A stretch of 53,420 bases of DNA from Chthonomonadales bacterium (GCA_046715155.1 JBKJZI010000213.1:1-53420), one strand, 5' to 3'; shown: positions 18,751 through 28,199, counted from the stretch's first letter. Numbers and translations are program-made. The notes: generated by a model not told the origin, from the letters alone.

Positions 18751-18813
18751 AGCGGGGGCAGGGCTCGAACCTGCGACCTTCATGCTATGAGTCCGAGGGC
18801 CGCTCTGGCCCGG
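18751..18813 (-). pseudogene. Degenerate tRNA-Met(CAT), initiator-like
   Basis: Minus strand TCGGACTCATAGCATGAAGGTCGCAGGTTCGAGCCCTGCCCCCGCT follows the 3' half of tRNA-fMet; T-arm intact, anticodon stem mismatched, D-arm partly deleted, no CCA. Confidence 0.65.
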
Positions 18814-18916
18814 AATCAGAGGAGAATGGCGCCTGCATGGAGAAGGGTGACGAGTGTTGCGAAAACAAGCCCCGCCCCTCTTCCGCCCCTCTATCCGCTG
18901 ACCTGGGCTTCCGCCG

Positions 18917-21900
18917 ATGAATCCGGACATGCGCATAGATAGCTTGCGGGTTGAGCTTCTGGGAGGTCTGCGAATTGCCGGCGCGGATGGCGAGGGGATA
19001 GAGATTTCGAGCAGGCAGGCAGGGAGGGTGCTAGCCTATCTTGCCCTCAACCTCCGCCGGAAGCACGGACGCGAGGAATTAGTCGACCTCTTTTGGCCGG
19101 ACGACGACGTAGACGAAGGCCGGGCCAAGCTCAGCAAGGCGCTGCACACCATCCGGGGTTGGATCGCCCAGGCCGGCGTCGATCCGCCATCTGCGCTGTT
19201 GGCGGGCCGAAGTGAGGTGCGACTGAATGGCGCAGTTGTCACGACCGACGCAGCAGAGTTAGAAGAGGCATTGAAGACGGCGGCTGATTCCCGGGATGCC
19301 GCAGAACGCACGCGATTCCTCGACGAGGCGGTCCGCCTCTATCGCGGAGAGCTGCTCCCCGGATTCTACGACAAGTGCTTCGACGCCGAGCGGAACCGGA
19401 TATCGATCGCATACGAATCGGCGCTGCACGCTCTGGCTCTCGCTCACGAGCAGCTCGGCGAGATCGACCGCGCGCTGGAGATCGCGCTTAGGGCGGTAGC
19501 CCTGAGTCCGTCGAACGAGGACGCGCATTGCGCCGTGATGCGGCTCCTTGCTTTGAAGGGGCAACCCGGTGCGGTGACCCGCCAGTACCGGGAACTGGAG
19601 CGGGCGCTCGAGGCGGAGCTGGGCGAGAAGCCGTGCGAGAACACGCGCCTGCTGATGGAATCACTCGCAAGGTCGGGATGCGAGACGCGCTCAACCCGCT
19701 CCAGCTCCCTACCCTCGCAACACAACCTTCCTCAACCCACAACCCGATTCATCGGACGCGAGAAGGAGATCGCCGAGATCAGGGACCTACTGGAGAAGTC
19801 CCCGCTGCTCACCATGACTGGGTCGGGGGGCTGCGGCAAGACGCGGTTGGCGTATCGCATTGTCGAAGACCTGCTGGAGCAGTTTCCGGACGGTATCTGG
19901 GTGGCGGAGCTTGCTGCGCTCGCCGATCCCGAGCTCGTGCCGCAGGCAGTGGCAAGCGCGCTCCACCTGAGGGAGGAGCCGGGCAAATCCCTGAGGCGGA
20001 CCCTCGCCGAGCATCTGAAGAATCGGTCGCTTCTTCTCCTGCTGGACAACTGCGAGCATCTGCTCGCCGCCTGTGCCGGGCTCGCGGACCTGATCCTGCG
20101 TGAGTGTCCGCGCGTCCGCATCCTTTGCACGAGCCGCGAGCGGCTCGGCGTGCCGGGAGAGCAGACATACCGCGTGCCCTCCCTTGCAGTGCCGGAGCAC
20201 GGGGAGGCGACGAGGGTGGAGGTCCTACCCCGGTATGAGGCGGTTCGCTTGTTTGTGGACCGGGCACGGCTGCAGAATGCCTCTTTCGCCGTCACGGATC
20301 GGAATGCGGATGCGCTGGCCTCCGTCTGCCGCGGGCTGGACGGGATTCCCCTGGCGATCGAGCTGGCGGCGGCGCGGATCAGGTCCATGTCGGTGGAGGA
20401 GTTGAACCACCGTCTCGACGATCGCTTCCGGCTCCTGACTGGCGGGTCTCGGACGGCCCTGCCGCGCCAGCAGACCCTCCGAGCGCTCATCGACTGGAGC
20501 TACGACCTGCTGAACGAAGTAGAGAAAGCGCTGCTCTGCCGGCTCTCCGTCTTCGCGGGCGGCTGGACAGTGGAGGCAGCGGAGAAGGTCTGTTCCGATT
20601 TTGGATTTTCGATTCTGGATTGTGGGTTGGCCGAGCGGCCGATCCAAAATCCGAAATCCAAAATCCGAAATAGCGAAGTTTTGGACCTGCTGAGCTCCCT
20701 GGCGGACAAGAGCCTGGTGGTGACTGAGGAGAAAGACGGCGCGACCCGCTATCGACTTCTCGATACGGTGCGCCAGTACGCTCGCGACCGGCTGCTGGAG
20801 ACTGCGGACACAGAGATATGGCGCTGCCGACACCTGGACTATTTCCTTGGACTCGCCGAAGAGGCCGAGCCTCGCCTGCTCGCCGCGGATCAGCACTATT
20901 GGATGATGCGGTTGAGCACGGAGCTTGACAACCTGCGCGCAGCGTTGCTCCTGTCATCGACAAAACTCGATGACACCGACAGCGGCCTGCGCCTGGCGGC
21001 AGCTCTCATGCGGTTCTGGGGACATCAGGGCCACCAGGATGAGGGGCGCCGGTGGATTTCAGCGCTCCTTGCCGCAGGGCCACCAAACTCAGGCGACGCC
21101 GCGCACGCAAAGGCAATCAGCGCCGCTGGGGAATTGGCCCTCGGTCAGGGCGACTATCCTGCTGCTCGAGAACTCTACGACAAGGGCCTCGCGATATGGC
21201 GAGACCTTGGCGACCGGTGGTACGTCGCATTCGCGCTAAACGGCTTGGCGCGTGTATACCTCTGGCAAGGCGACTATCCGGCGGCAAAGGCGCTCCTCGA
21301 CGAAAGCCTTGCGATTCGGCGAGAAATGGACGACTCGTGGGGCGTTTCGGTTGCCCTAAGCAACCTCGGAGAGATTGCAATGGCGCTTAGCGACTACCCG
21401 GCCGCCCACGCCATTTTCTCTGAGTATCTGCAAATTGAGCGGACTTCCGGAAATCCAGGTGGACTGTCCGATGCCCTTTATTGTCTGGGACTGGTGGTCT
21501 GCGAGCAGGGCGACATTCAAGGCGCTCGCGCGCTCCACGACGAGTCTATGAGTATAAAGCGCGGCCTCGGAAGTCTTGGAGGGCAAGCCGAAGGGCAATA
21601 CGGTCTGGGGCTTGTTGAGTATGCTGAGGGAGACTATCAAGCTGCATGCGCCCTACACAAGGAAGCGCTCTTCACCTTAAGAAGGCGAGGTGACCGGAGG
21701 AGAGTCCTCAGGTCATTGAACGCGTTTGCATGCGCGGCGACCCGGCAAGAGCCCGACCTGGCAGCTCGCATGTGGGGAGCTGCACAGTCACTTGAGGAGC
21801 AGATCGGATCGCCTATGCCGCCCAACGAGAAGGAGCGGTTTGACCAACGGGTAGCCGTGGCGCGAGAGGCCCTCGGCATCGACGCCTTTGCCGCCGCCTG

Positions 21901-21967
21901 GGCCGACGGGCGCGCAATGTCCATGGACCAGGCAATCGACTTCGCCTTGTCGGACGAGGAATCCTGA
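18917..21967 (+). CDS. AfsR/SARP-type regulator: wHTH + BTAD + STAND ATPase + TPR
   Basis: LLGGLRI...LAYLAL; LYRGELLPG; NEDAHCAVMR; Walker A GSGGCGKT; LLLLDNCEH; LDGIPLAIELAAAR; C-terminal TPRs. Confidence 0.93.
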   Translation: MNPDMRIDSLRVELLGGLRIAGADGEGIEISSRQAGRVLAYLALNLRRKHGREELVDLFWPDDDVDEGRAKLSKALHTIRGWIAQAGVDPPSALLAGRSEVRLNGAVVTTDAAELEEALKTAADSRDAAERTRFLDEAVRLYRGELLPGFYDKCFDAERNRISIAYESALHALALAHEQLGEIDRALEIALRAVALSPSNEDAHCAVMRLLALKGQPGAVTRQYRELERALEAELGEKPCENTRLLMESLARSGCETRSTRSSSLPSQHNLPQPTTRFIGREKEIAEIRDLLEKSPLLTMTGSGGCGKTRLAYRIVEDLLEQFPDGIWVAELAALADPELVPQAVASALHLREEPGKSLRRTLAEHLKNRSLLLLLDNCEHLLAACAGLADLILRECPRVRILCTSRERLGVPGEQTYRVPSLAVPEHGEATRVEVLPRYEAVRLFVDRARLQNASFAVTDRNADALASVCRGLDGIPLAIELAAARIRSMSVEELNHRLDDRFRLLTGGSRTALPRQQTLRALIDWSYDLLNEVEKALLCRLSVFAGGWTVEAAEKVCSDFGFSILDCGLAERPIQNPKSKIRNSEVLDLLSSLADKSLVVTEEKDGATRYRLLDTVRQYARDRLLETADTEIWRCRHLDYFLGLAEEAEPRLLAADQHYWMMRLSTELDNLRAALLLSSTKLDDTDSGLRLAAALMRFWGHQGHQDEGRRWISALLAAGPPNSGDAAHAKAISAAGELALGQGDYPAARELYDKGLAIWRDLGDRWYVAFALNGLARVYLWQGDYPAAKALLDESLAIRREMDDSWGVSVALSNLGEIAMALSDYPAAHAIFSEYLQIERTSGNPGGLSDALYCLGLVVCEQGDIQGARALHDESMSIKRGLGSLGGQAEGQYGLGLVEYAEGDYQAACALHKEALFTLRRRGDRRRVLRSLNAFACAATRQEPDLAARMWGAAQSLEEQIGSPMPPNEKERFDQRVAVAREALGIDAFAAAWADGRAMSMDQAIDFALSDEES
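20596..20673. repeat. Inverted heptamer arrays (GGATTTT)n...(AAAATCC)n, in-frame in CDS
   Basis: cgatttt ggatttt cgattct ggattgt ... aaaatcc gaaatcc aaaatcc gaaatag; encodes DFGFSILDCG...[10 protein letters not shown]. Confidence 0.88.
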
Positions 21968-22190
21968 AAGTGAGCGTCAGGGGAATAGTAGAGGAAGAGT
22001 AAAGGAAGAGTTGTTCGCTAGAATGCTTCAAACGGCCATCCGATTCGCCCGGGCTGGCTTCTATTCCAAGTATGGGCAAGTGGCTCCGCGCTAATCGGCA
22101 TAGATCACCTAACGCGCGGAGCTTCGGCGACACAGCCTGTGCTGCAGACAAGCGGGCAGTTTTCACTTCTCTCTTCGAAAGGATAAGACA

Positions 22191-23075
22191 ATGCAAGAGC
22201 AATTGCAAGACCTGCAATACCGGCTCGAGCGCGCCGAACGGCGCTTTTGGCTTCTGGGCTGTCTGGCCGTCGCCATCGTGGTGGGCGCGATTCTCATGAC
22301 CGTGAGACCGGCAGCCACCGCACAGAGCGGCCCCGGCGGCATTCCCGCCAGAGTGGAAGCGCTGGAAACGAAGGTGACGGCGCTGCAGGCAGCGAACGCA
22401 GCGCTGCAGACCGCGCTTGAGAACGAGACCGCCGCCCGCAAGCAGGGCGACACGGACACGCTGACAGCGGCCAGTGAGAACACTGCCACTCAGATCGCAG
22501 ACGAGGCTGCAGCACGGCAGAACGCCGACACATCGCTCCAAACCGGGATCGCGGCGCTGCAGACCACGACCCAGTTCATAAGCGTGGTAGGCGGTGAAAT
22601 GTATATCACGGGCACCAACGTGCACATTGTAAACGGTCTGGGGAGCACCAATACGATTAACGGCTTCGGCAACCTCACCGTGGGCTACAACGCCCGCGGA
22701 AATGGCAGTGGCGATATCCGCACCGGCTCCCACAATATCGTCGCGGGCGATGCGAACAGTTACTCGGCCTACGGCGGGCTGGTGGTAGGGAAAGGGAATA
22801 CCATATCAGACCGATATGCGTCGATCAGCGGTGGTGGGTTCAACACGGCCAGCGGCGCGTTCTCATCGGTCAGCGGCGGAAATACCAACACGGCCAGCGG
22901 CAATAGTGCATCAGTCAGCGGCGGGAACATGAACACGGCCAACGCCCAGCACTCATCGGTGAGCGGCGGAGTGTTCAACACGGCCGGCGGCATCCGGGCC
23001 TCAGTCAGCGGCGGGCTGTTCGTTAGACAAAGCTTTTCCAACGGCTGGGCCGGCGGCAGCTTCCACTCGCCGTAG
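22191..23075 (+). CDS. Membrane-anchored coiled-coil protein with SVSGGxxNTA repeats (adhesin/fibre-like)
   Basis: AAAGGA RBS; N-terminal TM; ETAARKQGD/EAAARQNAD coiled coil; 15-aa tandem repeats at 22821-23015. Confidence 0.75.
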   Translation: MQEQLQDLQYRLERAERRFWLLGCLAVAIVVGAILMTVRPAATAQSGPGGIPARVEALETKVTALQAANAALQTALENETAARKQGDTDTLTAASENTATQIADEAAARQNADTSLQTGIAALQTTTQFISVVGGEMYITGTNVHIVNGLGSTNTINGFGNLTVGYNARGNGSGDIRTGSHNIVAGDANSYSAYGGLVVGKGNTISDRYASISGGGFNTASGAFSSVSGGNTNTASGNSASVSGGNMNTANAQHSSVSGGVFNTAGGIRASVSGGLFVRQSFSNGWAGGSFHSP

Positions 23076-23113
23076 CGGATTTTAGTTCGAGCATATGCTC
23101 AAGGAGGTTTCTA

Positions 23114-24235
23114 ATGTTCAATCGAACCATCCGCACCATCGCCGGCGTCGCGATCATCCGGTACCAGGCAATGAAACGAACATTGACGCTGGCGGGGGCG
23201 GCCGCAATTGCCATCATCATTGGAACAACGACAACAGGAGCGGCTCAAAAAGGTGGCGGATTGCCGACGGGCGGTGGCGGCAAGATCTACTACGACAGTC
23301 AACTGGTTGTTTCCAGCATGAACCACGACGGAACGGCGAAGACCGCGCTCTTCAGCCGTTCGGCAAATTCACCTTATGGTGGATTGACCGCAAGCTACAG
23401 CTTGCACAATGGCCAGCGCTGGTTCTTTCAGATGGCCGATCCCAGCTATCAGCAATTCCAAAACATTGCGCCAGAACTGCGGTTCTACTCGCAGAGCGGC
23501 GAATATCGGGTCTTCGCCCTGGATTTTGGGAACCTTGACTCCACAACCACTTTTGGCGATCCCGGTTGGGTGCCGGGAGATCAAGAAGTCTCCTTCACCT
23601 CCAGAAGGATTGAGGGCGCAGTTTGGGATGAAAACTGGGACCTTGTGGCAGGGACTGTGGTCGAAGTAGGCATCTTCGCAGTCCAAGTCTTCTATGATGC
23701 GGCTGGCGAGCCATCGGGCATCTCGACCCCCTATCTCAAGGTCGCAACACCGCGGGTGCCCTCGACGCGGGGCGACTTTTCGGCCGTCAATGGATACGAT
23801 TGGAGTCCTAACGGTTCCGCACTAGCTTGCTCAGGGAACTTGTATGGCAACGCTCTCAACGGCGGCAGCTCCTTATTCACCATCGATGCTTCAGGCGTCC
23901 GGGTCGTTCGAAGCGCCAATGGCAACTACTGGCCGGTATGGGCGCCTGGAACGCTGAATCTCATCGCCTATAGCGAGTCCATGTCCAATGGGGGTAGACA
24001 GATATGTACGATCCGCACCGATGGCTTGGACCGAAAAGTCGTCTATGCACCCAAACAGATTGGGACGGGTCGGTTTGCAGACGGTCCGCGTTGGTCTCCC
24101 GACGGCACTGTGATCACCTACTACTTACGCGCCCCGGGCGGTCGCGAAGATGGCATCTATAGGGTCCCCTCCTCAGGATCGGACAAAACCACGCTCTTGG
24201 CGTTATGGCCCGCCCAACTCATAGACTGGAAGTAA
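23114..24235 (+). CDS. Secreted TolB/PD40-like beta-propeller protein
   Basis: AAGGAGG RBS; signal peptide; PGWVPGD, WSPNG, PVWAPG and PRWSPDG repeats. Confidence 0.75.
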   Translation: MFNRTIRTIAGVAIIRYQAMKRTLTLAGAAAIAIIIGTTTTGAAQKGGGLPTGGGGKIYYDSQLVVSSMNHDGTAKTALFSRSANSPYGGLTASYSLHNGQRWFFQMADPSYQQFQNIAPELRFYSQSGEYRVFALDFGNLDSTTTFGDPGWVPGDQEVSFTSRRIEGAVWDENWDLVAGTVVEVGIFAVQVFYDAAGEPSGISTPYLKVATPRVPSTRGDFSAVNGYDWSPNGSALACSGNLYGNALNGGSSLFTIDASGVRVVRSANGNYWPVWAPGTLNLIAYSESMSNGGRQICTIRTDGLDRKVVYAPKQIGTGRFADGPRWSPDGTVITYYLRAPGGREDGIYRVPSSGSDKTTLLALWPAQLIDWK

Positions 24236-24240
24236 TCGCC

Positions 24241-24275
24241 AACCGCCCCCGCCGATTGCAGCGGCGGGGGCGGTT
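24241..24275. terminator. Perfect 14-bp hairpin after the PD40 gene
   Basis: AACCGCCCCCGCCG-7nt-CGGCGGGGGCGGTT; no clear U-tract. Confidence 0.6.
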
Positions 24276-24439
24276 ACCTATTGACGAAGTCGGGAGCGTA
24301 TGGCACAGTAAGGCGTAGCGAGAGCGTTGTGCGACGGTCGGGCGCACAATTGCCGATATGGCTGGGCATGATGAGGTTGCGAAAGTGCATCCTGGGGTCT
24401 GTGGAAGCGTGGGATGCGGACAGCGTCCTCGCGGTCACG

Positions 24440-24607
24440 GCCTGGATCTGGGATAGCGTGAATGGCACCCGCGACCTCAACACGCTGATTCCCGCGGGAT
24501 CGGGATGGCAGCTCACCCAAGTTAAGGCCATCAACGACAGCGGCTGGATAATAGGTACAGGAACACTCAACGGTGTCGAGCGCGCGTTCGTGCTCAAGCC
24601 GAACTAG
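24440..24607 (+). pseudogene. Orphan C-terminal fragment of an HAF-repeat extracellular protein
   Basis: WDSVNGTRDLNTLIPAGSGWQLTQVKAINDSGWIIGTGTLNGVERAFVLKP is a typical HAF-repeat C-terminus, with no matching N-terminus. Confidence 0.7.
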
Positions 24608-24680
24608 CCCTCCAAGGAACCGAAGCGCCCTCGGAATCGACAGATCGAGGTCCCACCGAGCCCAGGTGGGGGCAAGTACG

Positions 24681-24713
24681 ATGGCCTCCCGTCCGCGTTG
24701 GACGGGAGGCCAT
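24681..24713. terminator. Perfect 14-bp hairpin
   Basis: ATGGCCTCCCGTCC-5nt-GGACGGGAGGCCAT. Confidence 0.5.
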
Positions 24714-24728
24714 AAGTATGGGAGCGCC

Positions 24729-24770
24729 GTTAACCCAATCTTAACAGCCCCTTAACGTTCTCTTAATCCT
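24729..24770 (+). promoter_or_regulatory. Four 11-bp-period TTAAC/T direct repeats (Pho-box-like)
   Basis: TTAAC at 24730, 24741 and 24752; TTAAT at 24763. Confidence 0.7.
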
Positions 24771-24856
24771 CCTGAAAGAGAATGAATTCGTCGAATTGAT
24801 TGCTCTATAGACGATCTGTAGGGCTTCGCCGTCAATACTCGAACGTGCGAAAACCC

Positions 24857-25231
24857 ATGTCTTATGCATCCACCTTGCTTCCGCCGCTAACCGCGGCGAC
24901 GAACGGCGGCCCCTTAGAATCTAAGCTCCATCCGGATGCGGAAGGGCTCCGAATCCACCAGGCCGCGCGCGAAGCGTACATGGGCGAACGCCGCCTGACG
25001 CTGTCTCCTCGCGCATTCGGCCTCCTGACGTTTCTTACCGAGAATCCTGACCGGGTCTTCTCCCGTCAGACCCTCCTGGACCGCGTGTGGGGTCCCGATT
25101 GCGCGGTTACGGAGCGGACCGTAGACGTCCACGTCCGATGGATTAGGCAGGAACTAGAGGACGACCCTTCTAACCCCGTTCTCCTCCTGACCGTTCGCGG
25201 GCTAGGGTATAAATACCGCCCCGCAGCTTAA
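24857..25231 (+). CDS. Stand-alone OmpR/PhoB winged-helix DNA-binding domain with no receiver
   Basis: LSPRAFGLL...VFSRQTLLDRVWG...RTVDVHVRWIR..LEDDPSNP...TVRGLGY; start uncertain (24800 or 24857). Confidence 0.82.
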   Translation: MSYASTLLPPLTAATNGGPLESKLHPDAEGLRIHQAAREAYMGERRLTLSPRAFGLLTFLTENPDRVFSRQTLLDRVWGPDCAVTERTVDVHVRWIRQELEDDPSNPVLLLTVRGLGYKYRPAA

Positions 25232-25251
25232 CCCTGTATCTGAACGCAACC

Positions 25252-26118
25252 TCAGTCTTCTTCCATTGCGTGTGAGTTGATCGAGTGCTTGTCGAATCCG
25301 ATGTAGATTCGCGCGCTTGCGACCTGTGCCAGCTCGCGAAGGGTGTCCAGCTCGCGGAGTCGCAGCAGAATCGGATGGGCGGCAAGGGATGCCGCCGTCT
25401 GCTCGTGCGATTGGAGCGCCAGTACGTCGGCCTCCGACTTGATCCGCTGCGCTTCGGCTTCGGCCTCGGCCGCCATGCGCGTTGCCTGGCCCTGCGACTC
25501 CGCCTCGAGCCTATGAGTCTGGGCCCTCGTCTCGGCTTCGATCTGCTGGGTTTGCGCGCGGGTGCGCGCTTCCACGAGCTGCGCCTGGCTGGTGCGCTCC
25601 GCGGCCAGCACCTTGTTCATGATCTCCTGAAGGTTGCCCGGGAAGATCAGGTCTTTCACGTCGGCCCGTAAAATCGCTACGCCGTAGTTGCCGGCGGCTT
25701 CCTTCACATCCCGCAGAATGTCCTCACTGAGCTGATTCCGATTGGTCAGGATTTCGTCGAGCGGCATCGAGGCGAGAGACCGGCGAGCCGCTAACTGCAC
25801 GTCACTATAGAGCCGATCCTCATAGTCCGCCACTTCGTGGAGCGCCGCCCGGGGATCGACTACCCGGAATTGGACAATTATGCTGACCCGGATGGCAACT
25901 TTGTCCGCGGTAAGGATCTCCTGGCCCTTGATGGTGAGATCGCGCTCACGCACGTCGACAAGGACGACTTCGATCTTAGGACGCCTGTAGAATCCGAGAA
26001 TATTGATGTACCGCGGCACCGGGTACCGGCCGGCTTCCAAAACCTGCGTCAGGACGCCGTCCCGGTACCACAGACCCCGGTGCGTGTCCTTGATGATGAC
26101 TTCGCGAGCCATGCGCAT
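25252..26118 (-). CDS. SPFH/Band 7 (slipin-like) protein
   Basis: QEILTADKVAIR; FRVVDP; VKDLIFP; C-terminal coiled coil and HPILLRLRELDTL. Confidence 0.88.
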   Translation of the reverse strand: MRMAREVIIKDTHRGLWYRDGVLTQVLEAGRYPVPRYINILGFYRRPKIEVVLVDVRERDLTIKGQEILTADKVAIRVSIIVQFRVVDPRAALHEVADYEDRLYSDVQLAARRSLASMPLDEILTNRNQLSEDILRDVKEAAGNYGVAILRADVKDLIFPGNLQEIMNKVLAAERTSQAQLVEARTRAQTQQIEAETRAQTHRLEAESQGQATRMAAEAEAEAQRIKSEADVLALQSHEQTAASLAAHPILLRLRELDTLRELAQVASARIYIGFDKHSINSHAMEED

Positions 26119-26393
26119 CCCTCCACTCTGCCGTGACGCCCCGCAGCAGGGCCGAGATGGAGAACGAGCATTCAGATAGGCTGCCGCTGAACCAGCATCT
26201 GATTGAGTGATAGAGGCGCCGTTTGGCCGCTCGCTCCTGACCCTGCCGGGGCGTACGATAGTATAACATTGACCGCAATCGCCCCGTGGCTCAAGCAGGT
26301 CCTCGATCCCGGAATCAGGCGGAGTGCTTCTCGGAGTCTCAGGGCGTAGTCGGTGATTGGGCGCCGTCGTGGCTGTGGATGTTCGGCGCGATC

Positions 26394-27708
26394 CTACCGT
26401 CCGGGTTCCTGGAGGACGCGGACGCGCTCGATGCGCCGGCCGTCTGTCTCTTCGACTGTGAACCGTAGTCCTTTGTTGACCACGGATTCTCCTTCGCGCG
26501 GCTGGTGTCCCAGCAGGCCGAAGACGTAGCCTCCCACGGTATCAGTGTGGCCGGGCGGAAAGCTCACGCCCATTCGCTCGGCAAAATCATCCAAAGGCAT
26601 TGCGCCCCGGACGATGATGGTCCGCGCGTCCACTTGAACCACGTAGGGGTCGTCGGTCCTCGTGCTCGTCCTGAATCTCGCCCACGATCTCCTCGATGAG
26701 ATCCTCAATCGTCACAATTCCGGTCACCATTCCGTATTCATCCCGAACGATAGCGATCTGGCGCCTGTCCTTCTGGAGCTCCTGCAGCAGGTAGCCCGCG
26801 CGCTTGGATTCCGGAACGAAGTAGGGACGCTTCATTAGCTCGGCGATAGTAGTCTGGCCATCGGAATCCGTCACCGCCTGCAATACGTCCATCACGTGCA
26901 GGATTCCCACCGTGTTGTCCAGATCGTCGTCATAGACCGGAAGCCGGGTATGCCGCGACTGCAGGTACGCTTGCACCGCCTCGCCCAGGCTCGCTGTGAG
27001 CTCTACGCCGACGACGTCAGGCCGTGGGACCATCACGCGCCGGACCGTAGTCGCCTCGAGGTCGAACACTCCCGCCACCATATTCTCCTGCTGTGCCTCC
27101 ATCAGTCCGGCTTCGCGCGTGGAGTGCACCAACAGCTCCAGCTCTTCCACCGAGTGCACGGAGGCGTGCTCCCCCACCGGCTGGAGTCCGACTAAACGCA
27201 CGAGTCCGTTGCCCGTTGCATTGAGCACGCTGATGAAGGGCTTAAAGATGCGGAGGAAGATATCCAGCGGCGCGGAGACCCATAGCGCAGTCGCGTCTGG
27301 CCGCTGGAGGGCGATGCTCTTGGGCGCCAGCTCGCCAAGCACGATATGGAGGGCAGTCGCGATGGCAAACGCCACTCCGATGGCAACCCCGTGCGCGGAG
27401 TAGGCGGCGGTGCCAGCCGGCAGGAACCGCGAGAAGACCGGCTCCAATAGCCCTGCCAGCACCGGCTCGCCAATGAATCCGAGCGCGAGGGAGGCCATGG
27501 TAATCCCGAGCTGCGTCGCCGCGATGTAAGTATCGAGATGCAGCAGCGCCTTCTGCACGCCGCGAGCCGCACGCCTTCCCTGAAGAACAAGCTGGTCGAT
27601 GCGCGTCTTGCGCACGCTAACCAAGGCAAACTCGGCCGCAACGAAAAACCCGTTCAAAAGCACCAACCCGAAAACCGCCGTCAACCCGATCCACCCGGAA
27701 TCACCCAT
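26394..27708 (-). CDS. CNNM/HlyC-CorC family (DUF21 + 2 CBS + CorC) protein; apparent +1 frameshift at ~26658
   Basis: [12 protein letters not shown]; QLGIT; GELAPK; CBS pair; [16 protein letters not shown]; CorC domain (DTVGGYVF) continues in ORF 26394..26708. Confidence 0.88.
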
Positions 27709-27842
27709 TTGTAGTCCCTTCGCGCATGTTGCTCTCCCGGCGCTCGGTCATCCCGGCAGTTCAGCAGCAGCGCGTCCAACAGCCGGCGATGGGAAAGGCG
27801 CCTATAGGAAACCGCTTGGATTCTACCGAACTCAAACCCACC

Positions 27843-28199
27843 ATGCGGAATACACTTTTCTATGGAGACAACCTGAACGTCCTGCGGGGGCAGGTGGCGG
27901 ATGAGTCCGTGGATTTGATCTACCTGGACCCGCCATTCAACTGTCTGAATTCGGATTACGCAGATTATGGGATTACGCAGAGAACTGCTGACGGCCAATC
28001 TGCGGAATCTGCGTAATCCGATTAGTCCGAGTTCAGACAGTGGGAATCCGCCCGGAAAGTACCCGAAGATGCAGATTCGAACGGTGAAAGACCTGCTGGA
28101 GAATCCGCGCATCCTCTTTGAAATCCCGGATTCGGCCCGCAGCCGCGAAGCCAGGAAATCGGCGCGCTCCAGCCGGGGCAGGAGGAGATGACTTTATAG
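27843..28199 (+). pseudogene. Remnant of an N6/N4 DNA methyltransferase (possibly restriction endonuclease fusion) with the core deleted
   Basis: MRNTLFYGDNLNVLR...SVDLIYLDPPFN stops at the TIR element; GKYPKMQIRTVKDLL, resembling the C-tail of MTase-Mrr-like fusions, follows in another frame. Confidence 0.75.
27940..28041. mobile_element. 102-bp MITE-like palindrome with 19-bp TIRs and internal nonamer repeats
   Basis: ACTGTCTGAATTCGGATTA ... TAGTCCGAGTTCAGACAGT (17/19 complementary); internal (GCAGATTAC)/(AATCTGCGT)-like units. Confidence 0.7.

Noticed and set aside
18751-24713. Prophage or integrative element at the tRNA remnant
   Set aside because: No integrase, phage genes or second att copy in the window
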